This document shows positions 36,731-49,097 of a stretch of DNA of 64,000 nt, one piece after another. The stretch is from the human T2T-CHM13v2.0 reference genome, Homo sapiens. The stretch lies in assembly GCF_009914755.1 (NCBI RefSeq), contig NC_060929.1; one strand, written 5' to 3'. Under the pieces are notes generated by a model. The model was given only the letters and a program-made list of their open reading frames with translations, was not told where the DNA came from and searched no databases. Position numbers and translations under genes: made by a program. Every line of letters starts with the position of its first letter. Position 1 is the first letter of the stretch.

Positions 36731-37643
36731 CATGCCAGACTGAATGGCAGCGACCCAGACGCCCCTCTCCAGCCAGGTGGCACTTGTCCCTGCGGCCAGG
36801 GCTACGGAGGGGTGGGCAGCCCCAGCCCTGCCAGAGACATGGCTGGGAGCATGGGGGGTGCTGGGAGCTCCAGGTTCCCGGACTTCAGAGCTAACAACCC
36901 CTGCTCAGGAGCTGGGGAGCTGCTTCTGGCACCACGGAGGGGCTGGGGGTGCGGCTGGGGCCATGGGCTCACTTTGCCTGTTTCCTCTGGGCCCCAGTGG
37001 CTGCCCCACCTGGCCCCCTGGCAGGGCTGGTTCTCCCAGGCAGCATTTTGTTACTATTTTACTAAGCGGTTTTATGACTTGGAAATAACGTTATTCATAC
37101 GACTATTAGCACCAATAATAACCCCTACAACCTTGAACCCGCAAAGCCTCGTCCAAACAAGACAAACTCCAGCCATCGTCCCCGAAGACACAGCCACATG
37201 GAAACTAAGCCCAGTGTACAAAACTGGGCAGAAAACCATCCAGCGTCACGCAGGCCTGCAGCCCTCGGCCTAGGAAAGGTCCTGCAGGGCAAGAGGAAGA
37301 ACAACCCCACAGGACAACTGAGTTCCACGGGAACTGACACAGAAACACAGAAGGTTGTCGGTGAGGCACGAAGCCGTGCCTGGCCTCACTCACAGCCCGA
37401 CACAAACCAGGAGCAGGTGCTCGGGGCCTCTGCCATACCCAGGGCTGGGGGGCTGGGGGACTGGGGGGCTGCGGGGCTGGAGAGACCGCACCTCCCAGGC
37501 TGCTGCAGGGGCACAGGTGGCTTCCTGGGGGACAGCGTGACAGTCTCTATCCAGCTTTATGTCTTCCCAGCACCCACCTCCAGGAGTCCAGGCCCCTGAG
37601 GACCTGCAAAACCATGCGCTGGGGTCACGGGAGCCGGAAGAAA

Positions 37644-37722
37644 CCAGGACTTTGCGGGTTCTGACTTCAAGACCAGTGTTGTCGGCGTGATCCAAGTGGG
37701 GTCAGAACCCACAAAGTCCCGG
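37644..37722 (-). ncRNA. MIR4635: MIR4635 precursor hairpin in SLC12A7 intron 20
   Basis: Long stem GGACTTTGYGGGTTCTGAC...GTCAGAACCCRCAAAGTCC; minus-strand 37672-37652 reads UCUUGAAGUCAGAACCCGCAA, as I recall miR-4635. Confidence 0.85.
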
Positions 37723-38542
37723 GACCGCCAGCAGGACCGGAGGGGAAGGCACAGCCGTGGATCCGGGTGGGCTGGTAGCGAGCAGGCATGGTTCCATCCA
37801 GCACAAGGGGCCCACCAGACCCCCAGGATCCAGAGCTCCATGCTTGGGGGCCGGGAGCAAGCGCTCCAATGCCAGGCCTCCGCCCATCAACCCCGTCCTC
37901 TCCAGGCGTGAAGGACGGGACGAGTCTCTGTCCAGGCCCTGCCTATAGCTGACCGAGGGCCTGTCTGTCCCACGTGACAGCTGCAGCCTGGCCTCACTGA
38001 CCAGTGCCCCTCTCCCCGGGTCCCGACTGCTGATGTGTGGTTTCCAGCCGTGGGAAGGTGAGCCCATCTGGGGAGAGCACCCAAAACGGGAGGTGCTCAG
38101 AGGTGCACCCACCATGGCAACACCACTGAGGTGTGAGGTCCTGGACGGGGTCCCGGGCCGAGGAGGACACGGGACCATGGAGGACACGGAGATGCTGATG
38201 CCGGCTCTAGGGCAACACCCACACCCGTGTTACACGAGGTGTCCACAAGCAACACACGGGGCTCTGTGCTTTCTGTGATGTCCTGGCGATTCCAAAACCA
38301 AGCCTCCTTGACCACCCCGCAAGGCCTGGCAGCCCCCGCCACAATCGCCACCACCTTCTCCTCCCCACCTCCACCTCCACCTCCTGATCTCCCCCTCCAC
38401 CCCCACCTCACGAGGCCACAGCCCTCCCGATCTCCACTTCCCCCTCCACCCCCACCTCACGAGGCCCACAGCCCTCCCGGGCCGCCCCCCACCTCCTCCC
38501 CACCTCCCCCCGGCCTCCTCCCCTCAAGCCCTCGGGACTCAC

Positions 38543-38674
38543 CATCTCCACCACCTCCACCTCGGCGCTGATGCGCAAGTGGTACAAGAACATCTGCAGG
38601 TCCTTCTTCATCTGGATGCTGTTGTCGTCCACCTGGGCCACGGTGAAGATACGCATCCGGCACTTCCTCCACAC
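38543..38674 (-). CDS. SLC12A7: SLC12A7 exon 20 ([14 protein letters not shown]...EVEVVEM)
   Basis: tgcag|GTG...ATG|gtgagt, 132 bp. Confidence 0.97.
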
Positions 38675-38781
38675 CTGCAGACAGGGAGGGCATGGCTGTG
38701 GGGCCTCAGAGGAGCCCGTCCCGGCCCGCAGCACGTGGGGTGGCCGTGCTCCGGCTGGCGTGTCCCCGTCGCACGCCCCAC

Positions 38782-38951
38782 CTTGTGCTGGCGCAGCAGG
38801 AAGGGCAGCAGCATGAGCATGCCGCCGTCGTGCACGATCCACCACACGTCGATGTGGCCCCCGCCGAAGCGCTCCTGGTTTTGCGGAAACGAGTCGACGT
38901 TCTTGGCCACCAGCAGAGCCTGGTGCGCGGCGGTGGTGTCGCGGACGGTGT
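38782..38951 (-). CDS. SLC12A7: SLC12A7 exon 19 ([10 protein letters not shown]...[24 protein letters not shown])
   Basis: cgcag|AC...AAG|gtgggg, 170 bp. Confidence 0.97.
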
Positions 38952-39309
38952 CTGCGGAGAGAGGCGGCCGTCCGCAGGTCATCTGAGGCCAGGGTGCGGA
39001 AGGGGCCTCCCCGGGGACTCACAGCCAGTGCAGGGGCGGGCACGGCGAGGCGAGGGGGGTCCCCACAAAGCCCCCACCCTCACTCCGTCAGCTCCTCCAA
39101 GGACCAGCCAGAGACTCACAGCAGAGTTCAGCTGCTGGTCATGTGTCCAGGGAATCCCCCAGCCCCTGCGGGGCTCTGGGAGAAGGGGAGGGAGTGCCTG
39201 GACACTTTCAGATGGCCGCTCCCAGGGCCAGGGCCTTCGACAGCCTCAGAGCACACACCCTCGGGTCGGTGGCCTCAAGGCCCATCGGGACCTGACAGCG
39301 CACAGGCCT

Positions 39310-39965
39310 GGGGACGTTGAGGGGACAGCGAGGAGACAGAGGGGACGGCGAGGAGACAGTGAAGGGATAGCGAGGAGACGGTGAAGGGACAGTGAGGGGA
39401 CGGTGAGGGGACAGCGAGGAGACGGTGAAGGGACAGCAAGGGGACGGCGAGGAGACGGTGAAGGGACAGCAAGGGGACGGTGAGGGGACAGCGAGGAGAC
39501 GGCGAGGGGACAGTGAGGGAACGGCGAGGGGACGGCGAAGCGACGGCGAGGAGATGGCGAGGGGACAGCGAGGGGACGGCGAGGAGATGGTGAGGGGACC
39601 GCGAGGGGACGGCGAGGAGATGGTGAGGGGACAGCGAGGGGACGGCGAGGAGATGGTGAGGGGACAGTGAGGGGACGGCGAGGAGATGGTGAGGGGACGG
39701 TTAGGGGACAGCGAGGGGATGGCAAAGGGATGCAGAGGAGACTGAGGGGACACGGGACAGTGAGGGGACAGCGAGGGGAGGCAGAGGGGGACAGTGAGGG
39801 GACAGCAAGGGGACACTGAGGAGACACACAGGGGACAGTGAGGGGACGGCGAGGGGATGCAGAGGGGACACCAAGGGGACAGTGGGGACGAAAAGGGGAC
39901 AGTGAGGGGACAGCGAGGGGACAGCGAGGGGACACTGAGAGGACACAGAGGGGACGGTGAGGGGA
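39310..39965. repeat. G/A-rich 11-bp-subunit minisatellite in SLC12A7 intron 18
   Basis: GAGGGGACAGC/GAGGGGACGGC/GAGGAGATGGT units. Confidence 0.93.
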
Positions 39966-39992
39966 TGCCGAAGGGCCGCCAGCCATGCCTAC

Positions 39993-40188
39993 CTACAAAG
40001 TTCTTCCAGGAGAAGGGGTTGTCCTCCTGCTTCCAGGATGCGGGCCAGGCCATGAGCACCGTGTTGTGCTTCAGGCCGCCCAGGCCGGCCGACTGGATCA
40101 GGTGGGACATGCCATCCCGCAGGCTGGACGAGACCACCAGCTGGCAGAAGCCCTTGGTCTTCTCTGTGCTCATTAGGGACCGTATGTT
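39993..40188 (-). CDS. SLC12A7: SLC12A7 exon 18 ([16 protein letters not shown]...SWKNFV)
   Basis: cgcag|AAC...GTAG|gtaggc, 196 bp. Confidence 0.97.
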
Positions 40189-40849
40189 CTGCGGGAGACA
40201 GGACAGGTTGGTGCTACAGCAGGAATGGGGTGCACAGACCCACGCCCACCACCCACGGTGGCCAGGGCACCCGCACCCCCTCCTCTGTGGACCCAGCAGG
40301 AGGGAAGGCCCGAAGGCTCAACGGTGTGCTGCGGTGCTCCCGGCCGCTGTGTGTGTATGTGTGTATGTGCGTGCTCACACACTGGGGAGAGAGACACAGA
40401 GCAGGTGTGACTGATGCCACGTGCAGGGGATGTGGAGGGCTGCTCTGGGGACACAACGCCAGGCAGTTCTCTGAGGCGATCCACAACATCCCAGACCCAC
40501 CCCCAGTTCACTCGGACGCTCTGGGCCAGGTTCATCCACCTGGTGCATCAGAAACACCCGAAAATGGGCCAAATTAGCAGCTCTTCAAAGGGAGGCCGTG
40601 GGGTCCAGGATGCAGCACCCTAACAGCAACGGCGGGGGGCGGGGGTGGGGGACTGCCGTGTGGTCTCCTCCCGGGGTTGGAGGGGGTCACTGCTGTGTGC
40701 AGTCTCTTCCCAGGGGTGTCTGATGAGGCTGCGCCACGGAACGGCTTGACTCCATGGGGTTTGCACGTGCGTGGCCGAGGACCTGCCACGCACTAAAGCC
40801 ATGCATGTGTGGACGCAGGCCTCCCACCCTCTGACCTTCAGGCCCTGGA

Positions 40850-41650
40850 ACCCCAGGGCCTGCCCTGCTGGGTCTCAGCCTTGTGTGGTACCAGTGGCCC
40901 CTTCCCACCTGATTCTCCCTTTTGGAGCAAACATGCCTCTCCTGGCTTGTCCCCTGCTGCGTTCTGGGATAACCACCTCCTCACTTGCACATCTACAGAC
41001 ACAGCAGTTTTGTCCAGGATGGACCAGACCCCACATTTCACTGGCTTCTGGTTTGGATGCTTAGAGGATGAGATTTGGGAGCTCCGAGCAATGAGATTTA
41101 CATGAGAGTTGGGACTCAGAGCTGGTCTGTGCAGGCCTGAGACTTCAGGAGACACTGAGATGGGGTGAACATACTGTACATGTGTGGCAGATATGAATTT
41201 TAGGGCCGAAAGCTCAATTGCAGTGGGTTGAATAGTGGCCCCAAAAAAGAGGATACCCGCATCCCAGCCCCAGGAACCTGAGAATGCAACCTTATTTGGA
41301 AAACCTGTCTTTATGGATGTATTGAAGAACCCTGTAATTAGGTTATGATGTTGAGAGAGCATCCTGGGTCAGAGGTGGGCCCTGAAGCCACTGACAAGTG
41401 ACCTTACAGGATGAAGGCAGGAAGAGCTCTCAGACTGGGAGGAAGAGACTGCGTGGAGGCACAGGCGCCCAGGGTCGCCCGGGGGCCCAGGAGCTGGAGG
41501 AGGCAGGAGGATCCTCCCGGGAGACTCTGGAGGCAGCGTGGCCTGCGGTCTCCTTCATCTCAGACTCCTGGGCTCCAGAACTAGGAGAGAACAGACGCCC
41601 TTTGCTGTGAGCCGTGTGGTCTGTGTCCCATCACAGCAGCCCCGGGCCAC
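40850..41650 (+). mobile_element. MLT1 (ERVL-MaLR) internal 3' fragment plus LTR (MLT1B/C-like, LTR from ~41219)
   Basis: GGGTTGAATAGTGGCCCC...GAACCTGAGAATGCAACCTTATTTGGAAAA; ATCTCAGACTCCTGGGCTCCAGAACT; upstream ATGAATTTTAGGGCC internal end. Confidence 0.75.
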
Positions 41651-42504
41651 TCAGGGATCAGAGCCACCACCTGCCTCCTTTGCCGAGATTCCAGCAGCCC
41701 CTACGTCAGCCTGACTGGTATCCTCACCCCCTACCCTGGCTCACACCTAGAGCTCCACCAGCCCTTCACACACAAAACAACATCCAATGTTCTCCCACGG
41801 CCCCACTCCTCCTCAGGCACCCCTCGTCCTTACCCTGCTCTCCAGACACCTCCACCTTCTGCCCAGCTGCCCGGGCGCAAGACGGGACAGGGTGCAGGGC
41901 CAGCAGATATGCTCCTCTTTGAGACTTTTGTTTAGGTCAGGAAAGGCCTGAACACGTTACCCCCAAGGGGCACCAGCCAGCAAGCGGAGGCAGGGGCCCC
42001 AGAGAGGCAGAGACCGGCTGGAGGCGGACGCTGCGGGGTGGACACAGCCGTCTCTGGGCAGGAAGGCACAGGGAAGCCCCCGCATCGGGCGTCATGTGGG
42101 AAGAAGGCAGGAAGTGTGGCTATTTCAGCAAAGGCCACACAGCAGCCCCTTTATGCGGCTGCTTCTCATCCCCACGAGACCCCTCTGCAGGGCAATTCAG
42201 GTTCTCTGTTCTTGTGCCCCGATCTGGCCGGAGAACGGAGCCCAGGGAAACGGCTGTTCAGGATCAGCCAAGTTTGGATGCAGCCACTGGAGGGGCCCTG
42301 AGGGCCTCCAAGTGCTGGAGCCACGTCACGGGGCCACTTCCTACATGACTGGCTGCTGTGCTCACCCCCACGTGCTGGCTCCGAGGAGTCGGAGCTGGGG
42401 ATCTCAACTCTCTTCTGGCCTCACTGTTGGGAAAACCACCTTGCAGGACTGCAGGGTTTCAGGAGGACGCGGCACTGCCCTGGCCTGGCAGGAACTCAAC
42501 ACTG

Positions 42505-42663
42505 TGTGGGGAGACCCTGTTATCACAAGTCAGCACCGTGTCGGGGACCCTGTTATCACAAGTCAGCACCGTGTCGGGGACCCTGTTATCACAAGTCAGC
42601 ACTGTGTCGGGGACCCTGTTATCACAAGTCAGCACCGTGTCGGGGACCCTGTTATCACAAGTC
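42505..42663. repeat. 33-bp tandem repeat, ~5 copies
   Basis: GGGACCCTGTTATCACAAGTCAGCACCGTGTCG. Confidence 0.95.
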
Positions 42664-42895
42664 CCCGCACCTGCCCGGCGCAGCAGTCGCAGAGGCCTCC
42701 GTGCAGACAGACCTCAACCCGGAGGACAACTTTACGAGCGGGGAGCAAGAACACCAGGGCCTTAGGACCCCTTTTATGCCAATCAGTGCCACACAGAACA
42801 GAGCACAAGGGCGCGCATGAGCCTCCCTGGCGACTGCATGAGTCACGAAGCTGCACGCTTCTTAGAGAAATGTCCATGCTTTACAGCCTTGCCCA

Positions 42896-43215
42896 GACCG
42901 GCTGCCGTGGCTCACACCTGTAATCCCAGCACTTTGGGAGGCCGAAGCAGACGAATCACTTGAGCTCAGGAGTTTGAGACCAGACTGGCCAATGTGGCGA
43001 AACCCCGTCTCTACTAAAAATACAAAAATGAGCCGGGCGTGGTGGTGGGCACCTGTAATCCCAGCTACTGGGAGGCTGAGGCAGGAGAACTGCTTCAACT
43101 CGGGAGGTGGAGGTTGCAGTGAGCTGAGACGGCGCCACTGCACTGCAGCCTGGGCAACAGAGGGAGACTCTGTCTCAAAAAATAAATAAAAATTAAAAAA
43201 CAAATAAATAAAAAA
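42896..43215 (+). mobile_element. Alu (AluS-type), full length with A-rich tail
   Basis: GTGGCTCACACCTGTAATCCCAGCACTTTGGGAGG...CACTGCACTGCAGCCTGGGCAACAGAG. Confidence 0.96.
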
Positions 43216-44462
43216 GATTTGCCCAGATTTCTCTAATTTCACACTAACATAGCCACGATGGAGGAGAATACGGCTCCCCAGGGCAGTGCAGCCCCAAAGG
43301 CAGCCAAGGGAAGGCGGGGCCTGCGGCTGGCTCCAGCCCTCGCAACCAATGCAGCTAAGTCACAGCCAAAGGCTCGCTGAGAGCAGCGGGGGCAGGGTGC
43401 GCTCGTCCTCCCGTCCGCAAGAGCGGGCTCCTGTCTGAGGCTGCCCCAGACCCCCCAGCCGAAGGGCTGTCGGACGGAGAGGATCTGCCTGTGAGCTCCG
43501 TTAACGTGAGAGTATAAGTGAGCGCAGCTCTTCCCATGGCCGTGAAGACTGTGGCAGAGCGTGGCAGGGGGTCCCGTCATCCCCCAGTCACTGCAATCCC
43601 TGCCCTGTCCCTCGTGCGCACAGACGCGCCCTCACACACCTCCAGGGAGGCCAGGCAGTGCCAGGATTCTTAGAATCCACGCCAGCAGGGCAGTTCCAAC
43701 TCCGGGATTCCTCCTAAGAGCATTCCAGCATGGGATAAGGAACACGGAAAGGGACATATGGGGACCAGGACCGTGAACATCCCCCCGAAAACCACGATAC
43801 CTAAATCCACGGGTTCACAGTCAATAGCAGCTAACGCCTGAACCCGTGGTGAGCCATGACGCCGCCGTCAGGGAAAGGGAAGGCCCAGAGCATCTCCTGT
43901 CTTCCCTGGGAAGGCGAACCTGTGCAACAGCCTGAGAAGGTGGCCATCCACGTGGCCAACGTGGCGGGAGCGGCGGGGGCCATTTTTTACCTCCATGGGA
44001 TCCTGGCCCTAGGCCACACCACCTGAGGCTGCTACCATCCACGTGCCCACAGCCCTCTTGAGCAGGGTTCCCACCCCTAGGCTGACCGGCCCAGACCTGG
44101 ACGGGCCTCAGTGCGGCTGTGGTTGTGCAGAGAAACGGACCGGGGAGGCGGTGGGGGGCGGCTGCAGATGCCTGGACACACCCACAAGGTCCCAGTGGGG
44201 GCCTGGCAGCAGGGAGCTGGCTCCCAACCCACAGCAAGGACAGAGGGGGCACCCGCATGGGAGGGACCTCGGACACACACCACTGCAACAGGCACGTGGT
44301 ATAGGCCCCACAGACTCCCACACACATGAGGGGGAAGGAGGAGGCTCGAGGCGCCCACGGCAGCCAGCCCTGCCTGGGAATGAGGTGCCCTTGGCATGAA
44401 AATCACGCAGGTGGGCACTCAAAAGCTCCCTGCTTTAGCAAGAAATACAGAAGTAACTCCAG

Positions 44463-44486
44463 GTGACGTGACGTGACGTGACGTGA
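44463..44486. repeat. (GTGAC)n pentanucleotide microsatellite
   Basis: GTGACGTGACGTGACGTGACGTGA. Confidence 0.9.
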
Positions 44487-44708
44487 TGGGACCCCACAGG
44501 CTTTCATCGTGTCATCATTCCGTTTCTGGATAGTGTGAAGCTTCCCATAAGAAGTTTGAAAATCAGAGAAATGAAGACACAAAGTCTCAGACCCCGATGT
44601 CCTGGGGCAGCCGACTGCAGCAGCAGGGCTCAGAGCTGGCACCAGCATGCTACACGCCCGGGGCACTCACCCGTCCCTCCCCACAAAGCTCTGAGTGGGC
44701 AGAAATTC

Positions 44709-47700
44709 AGCAGCACACGGCATCACACTTAACGCAGCCCCCAGTGAGCCCCCAGTGAGCCCCCAGCACACGGGCATCACACTTATGCAGCCCCCAGTGA
44801 GCCCCCAGCACACGGGCATCACACTTATGCAGCCCCAGTGAGCCCCCAGCACACGGCATCACACTTATGCAGCCCCCAGTGAGCCCCCAGCACACGGGCA
44901 TCACACTTATGCAGCCCCCAGTGAGCCCCCAGCACACGGGCATCACACTTATGCAGCCCCCAGTGAGCCCCCAGCACACGGGCATCACACTTATGCAGCC
45001 CCAGTGAGCCCCCAGCACACGGGCATCACACTTATGCAGCCCCCAGTGAGCCCCCAGCACACGGGCATCACACTTATGCAGCCCCAGTGAGCCCCCAGCA
45101 CACGGGCATCACACTTATGCAGCCCCCAGTGAGCCCCCAGTGAGCCCCCAGCACACGGCATCACACTTATGCAGCCCCCAGTGAGCCCCCAGCACACGGC
45201 ATCACACTTATGCAGCCCCCAGTGAGCCCCCAGCACACGGGCATCACACTTATGCAGCCCCCAGTGAGCCCCCAGTGAGCCCCCAGCACACGGGCATCAC
45301 ACTTATGCAGCCCCCAGTGAGCCCCCAGTGAGCCCCCAGCACACGGGCATCACACTTATGCAGCCCCCAGTGAGCCCCCAGCACACGGGCATCACACTTA
45401 TGCAGCCCCAGTGAGCCCCCAGCACACGGGTATCACACTTATGCAGCCCCCAGTGAGCCCCCAGTGAGCCCCCAGCACACGGGCATCACACTTATGCAGC
45501 CCCCAGTGAGCCCCCAGCACACGGGCATCACACTTATGCAGCCCCCAGTGAGCCCCCAGTGAGCCCCCAGCACACGGGCATCACACTTATGCAGCCCCCA
45601 GTGAGCCCCCAGCACACGGGCATCACACTTATGCAGCCCCAGTGAGCCCCCAGCACACGGGCATCACACTTATGCAGCCCCCAGTGAGCCCCCAGTGAGC
45701 CCCCAGCACACGGCATCACACTTATGCAGCCCCCAGTGAGCCCCCAGCACACGGCATCACACTTATGCAGCCCCCAGTGAGCCCCCAGCACACGGGCATC
45801 ACACTTATGCAGCCCCCAGTGAGCCCCCAGTGAGCCCCCAGCACACGGGCATCACACTTATGCAGCCCCCAGTGAGCCCCCAGTGAGCCCCCAGCACACG
45901 GGCATCACACTTATGCAGCCCCCAGTGAGCCCCCAGCACACGGGCATCACACTTATGCAGCCCCAGTGAGCCCCCAGCACACGGGTATCACACTTATGCA
46001 GCCCCCAGTGAGCCCCCAGCACACGGGCATCACACTTATGCAGCCCCAGTGAGCCCCCAGCACACGGGCATCACACTTATGCAGCCCCCAGTGAGCCCCC
46101 AGCACACGGGTATCACACTTATGCAGCCCCCAGTGAGCCCCCAGCACACGGGTATCACACTTATGCAGCCCCCAGTGAGCCCCCAGCACACGGGCATCAC
46201 ACTTATGCAGCCCCCAGTGAGCCCCCAGCACACGGGCATCACACTTATGCAGCCCCCAGTGAGCCCCCAGCACACGGGTATCACACTTATGCAGCCCCCA
46301 GTGAGCCCCCAGCACACGGGTATCACACTTAACGCAGCCCCCAGTGAGCCCCCAGCACACGGGCATCACACTTATGCAGCCCCCAGTGAGCCCCCAGCAC
46401 ACGGGCATCACACTTATGCAGCCCCCAGTGAGCCCCCAGCACACGGGCATCACACTTATGCAGCCCCCAGTGAGCCCCCAGCACACGGGTATCACACTTA
46501 TGCAGCCCCCAGTGAGCCCCCAGCACACGGGTATCACACTTATGCAGCCCCCAGTGAGCCCCCAGCACACGGGTATCACACTTATGCAGCCCCCAGTGAG
46601 CCCCCAGCACACGGGCATCACACTTATGCAGCCCCCAGTGAGCCCCCAGCACACGGGCATCACACTTAACGCAGCCCCCAGTGAGCCCCCAGCACACGGG
46701 CATCACACTTATGCAGCCCCCAGTGAGCCCCCAGCACACGGGCATCACACTTATGCAGCCCCCAGTGAGCCCCCAGCACACGGGTATCACACTTATGCAG
46801 CCCCCAGTGAGCCCCCAGCACACGGGTATCACACTTATGCAGCCCCCAGTGAGCCCCCAGCACACGGGTATCACACTTATGCAGCCCCCAGTGAGCCCCC
46901 AGCACACGGGCATCACACTTATGCAGCCCCCAGTGAGCCCCCAGCACACGGGCATCACACTTAACGCAGCCCCCAGTGAGCCCCCAGCACACGGGTATCA
47001 CACTTATGCAGCCCCCAGTGAGCCCCCAGCACACGGGCATCACACTTATGCAGCCCCCAGTGAGCCCCCAGCACACGGGTATCACACTTATGCAGCCCCC
47101 AGTGAGCCCCCAGCACACGGGTATCACACTTAACGCAGCCCCCAGTGAGCCCCCAGCACACGGGCATCACACTTATGCAGCCCCCAGTGAGCCCCCAGCA
47201 CACGGGCATCACACTTATGCAGCCCCCAGTGAGCCCCCAGCACACGGGCATCACACTTATGCAGCCCCCAGTGAGCCCCCAGCACACGGGTATCACACTT
47301 ATGCAGCCCCCAGTGAGCCCCCAGCACACGGGCATCACACTTATGCAGCCCCCAGTGAGCCCCCAGCACACGGGCATCACACTTATGCAGCCCCCAGTGA
47401 GCCCCCAGCACACGGGTATCACACTTATGCAGCCCCCAGTGAGCCCCCAGCACACGGGCATCACACTTATGCAGCCCCCAGTGAGCCCCCAGCACACGGG
47501 CATCACACTTATGCAGCCCCCAGTGAGCCCCCAGCACACGGGCATCACACTTATGCAGCCCCCAGTGAGCCCCCAGCACACGGGTATCACACTTATGCAG
47601 CCCCCAGTGAGCCCCCAGCACACGGGCATCACACTTATGCAGCCCCCAGTGAGCCCCCAGCACACGGGCATCACACTTAACGCAGCCCCCAGTGAGCCCC

Positions 47701-47740
47701 CAGCACACGGGCATCACACTTATGCAGCCCCCAGTGAGCC
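44709..47740. repeat. 42-bp VNTR, ~3 kb (~70 copies) in SLC12A7 intron 17
   Basis: CAGCACACGGGCATCACACTTATGCAGCCCCCAGTGAGCCCC with 41-, 43- and 53-bp variants. Confidence 0.98.
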
Positions 47741-48058
47741 TGAACAGCGGGAGACTGAGCTTGCAGCAGAACCATGATTACGGCTCTGGACGGGGCTCAC
47801 CCATGGCGGGAGGAGGCGGTCCCAGGGTTCGCCCTTGGAAAGCTAATGGCCCTCACACCTCCCAAGCTTCCCGGGGTGCGGCTGGTGCTCCCAGGCCTTA
47901 GCGCGCTGCTCTGAGCTCAAAGCCACCGCCACGGCTAAAACACAGCAGCGCCACGCACAGCACCGTGTTGACACGCTGCGATGAGGACATGCCAGGGCAT
48001 GTTTCCTGTGCAGCTGGGGTGGGAAAGAGGCCTGGCCCCCAGACCCCGCCCGGCCCAC

Positions 48059-48227
48059 CTCCTCGGCCCGCTGAGCCTCCATGTGCTTGTCCAGGTACGT
48101 CCCCTCCAGCACCGAGCCCACGATGGTCAGGCCCTTGCCGGCCTTCAGCTGCGACGTGAAGGACAGCAGGCGGGGGTGCTTCACGGCCTGCTCCGCGTCC
48201 AGGTTCAGCATCACCAGCACCTGGGGC
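48059..48227 (-). CDS. SLC12A7: SLC12A7 exon 17 ([10 protein letters not shown]...[12 protein letters not shown]...QRAEE)
   Basis: tgcag|G...GAG|gtgggc, 169 bp. Confidence 0.97.
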
Positions 48228-48554
48228 CTGCAGCCAGGGTGGGGCGGCTGTTACCACGGCAACGCTTACCAGGGCACGGCCCATCAACAGGCAGGGCAGA
48301 TGGGACGGGCGGGGCACACGACACAGGTGGGACGGGAGATACATGACAGGCGGGACAGGGGACAAAAGGGGCAGGTGACAGATGGGATGGGGAAACGTGA
48401 CACACGTGGGGTAAGTTGAACAGGTGACAGGTGAGACAGGCCACAGAAGCCAGGTGGGACAGGCAGGGCCGATGGACAGGTGGGCACTAGCCAGGCAGGA
48501 CAGGAGAACAGGTAGGTTAGACAGGTGGGACAGGTGACATGCTAGACAGGTGAG

Positions 48555-48702
48555 ACAATGGCCCAGGACACACACCTGAAGCCCCCACCGAGGCCCTGAG
48601 GGGACAATGGCCCGGGGCACACCCGAGGCCCCCGCCGAGGCCCCTGAGGGGACAATGGCCCGGGGCACACGCCTGAGGCCCCCGCCGAGGCCCTGAGGGG
48701 CA
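48555..48702. repeat. ~48-bp tandem repeat, 3 copies
   Basis: GACAATGGCCCGGGGCACAC...CCGAGGCCCTGAGGGG. Confidence 0.8.
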
Positions 48703-48992
48703 GAGGCTTCCCAAAGATGGCCTTTGCTTCAGCAGGAGCCACCCTCTCCCACCCCAAGCCCAGGGCTGTGCTGGCAGAGGGGCCGGCTCCCCACACCCCC
48801 ACCCTGCAGCAGGGACACCCCCGGCCCCCAGCTGCGCCATCCGCTCTGCACCAGGCAGTGTTCACACCCCCGACCTTGCCTGAGCGGCTGAAGGTGAGAG
48901 GCCCCTGAGACTCAAAGGTCCCCACTCAAAGGCCGACCTCAGAAACAGCTCTTCTGTGCGTCTGAGGACCACGGGGCATGGGCGGTGCTCAC

Positions 48993-49097
48993 CTCCAGTT
49001 CTTGGTATGGGGGGGACCGTGCTCCACGCGCAGCAGGGCGTAGCGGGCGGCGTTCAGGGATAGGCCACGGATGCCATCGCCCCACTCCTTCTCGGCC
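48993..49097 (-). CDS. SLC12A7: SLC12A7 exon 16 ([35 protein letters not shown])
   Basis: cacag|G...GGAG|gtgagc, 105 bp. Confidence 0.97.

Noticed and set aside
44709-47740. Possible CRISPR array or repeat-protein gene (ORFs of 150-237 aa)
   Set aside because: Units are head-to-tail with no unique spacers and no cas genes; ORFs arise because 42 is divisible by 3. Intronic VNTR.
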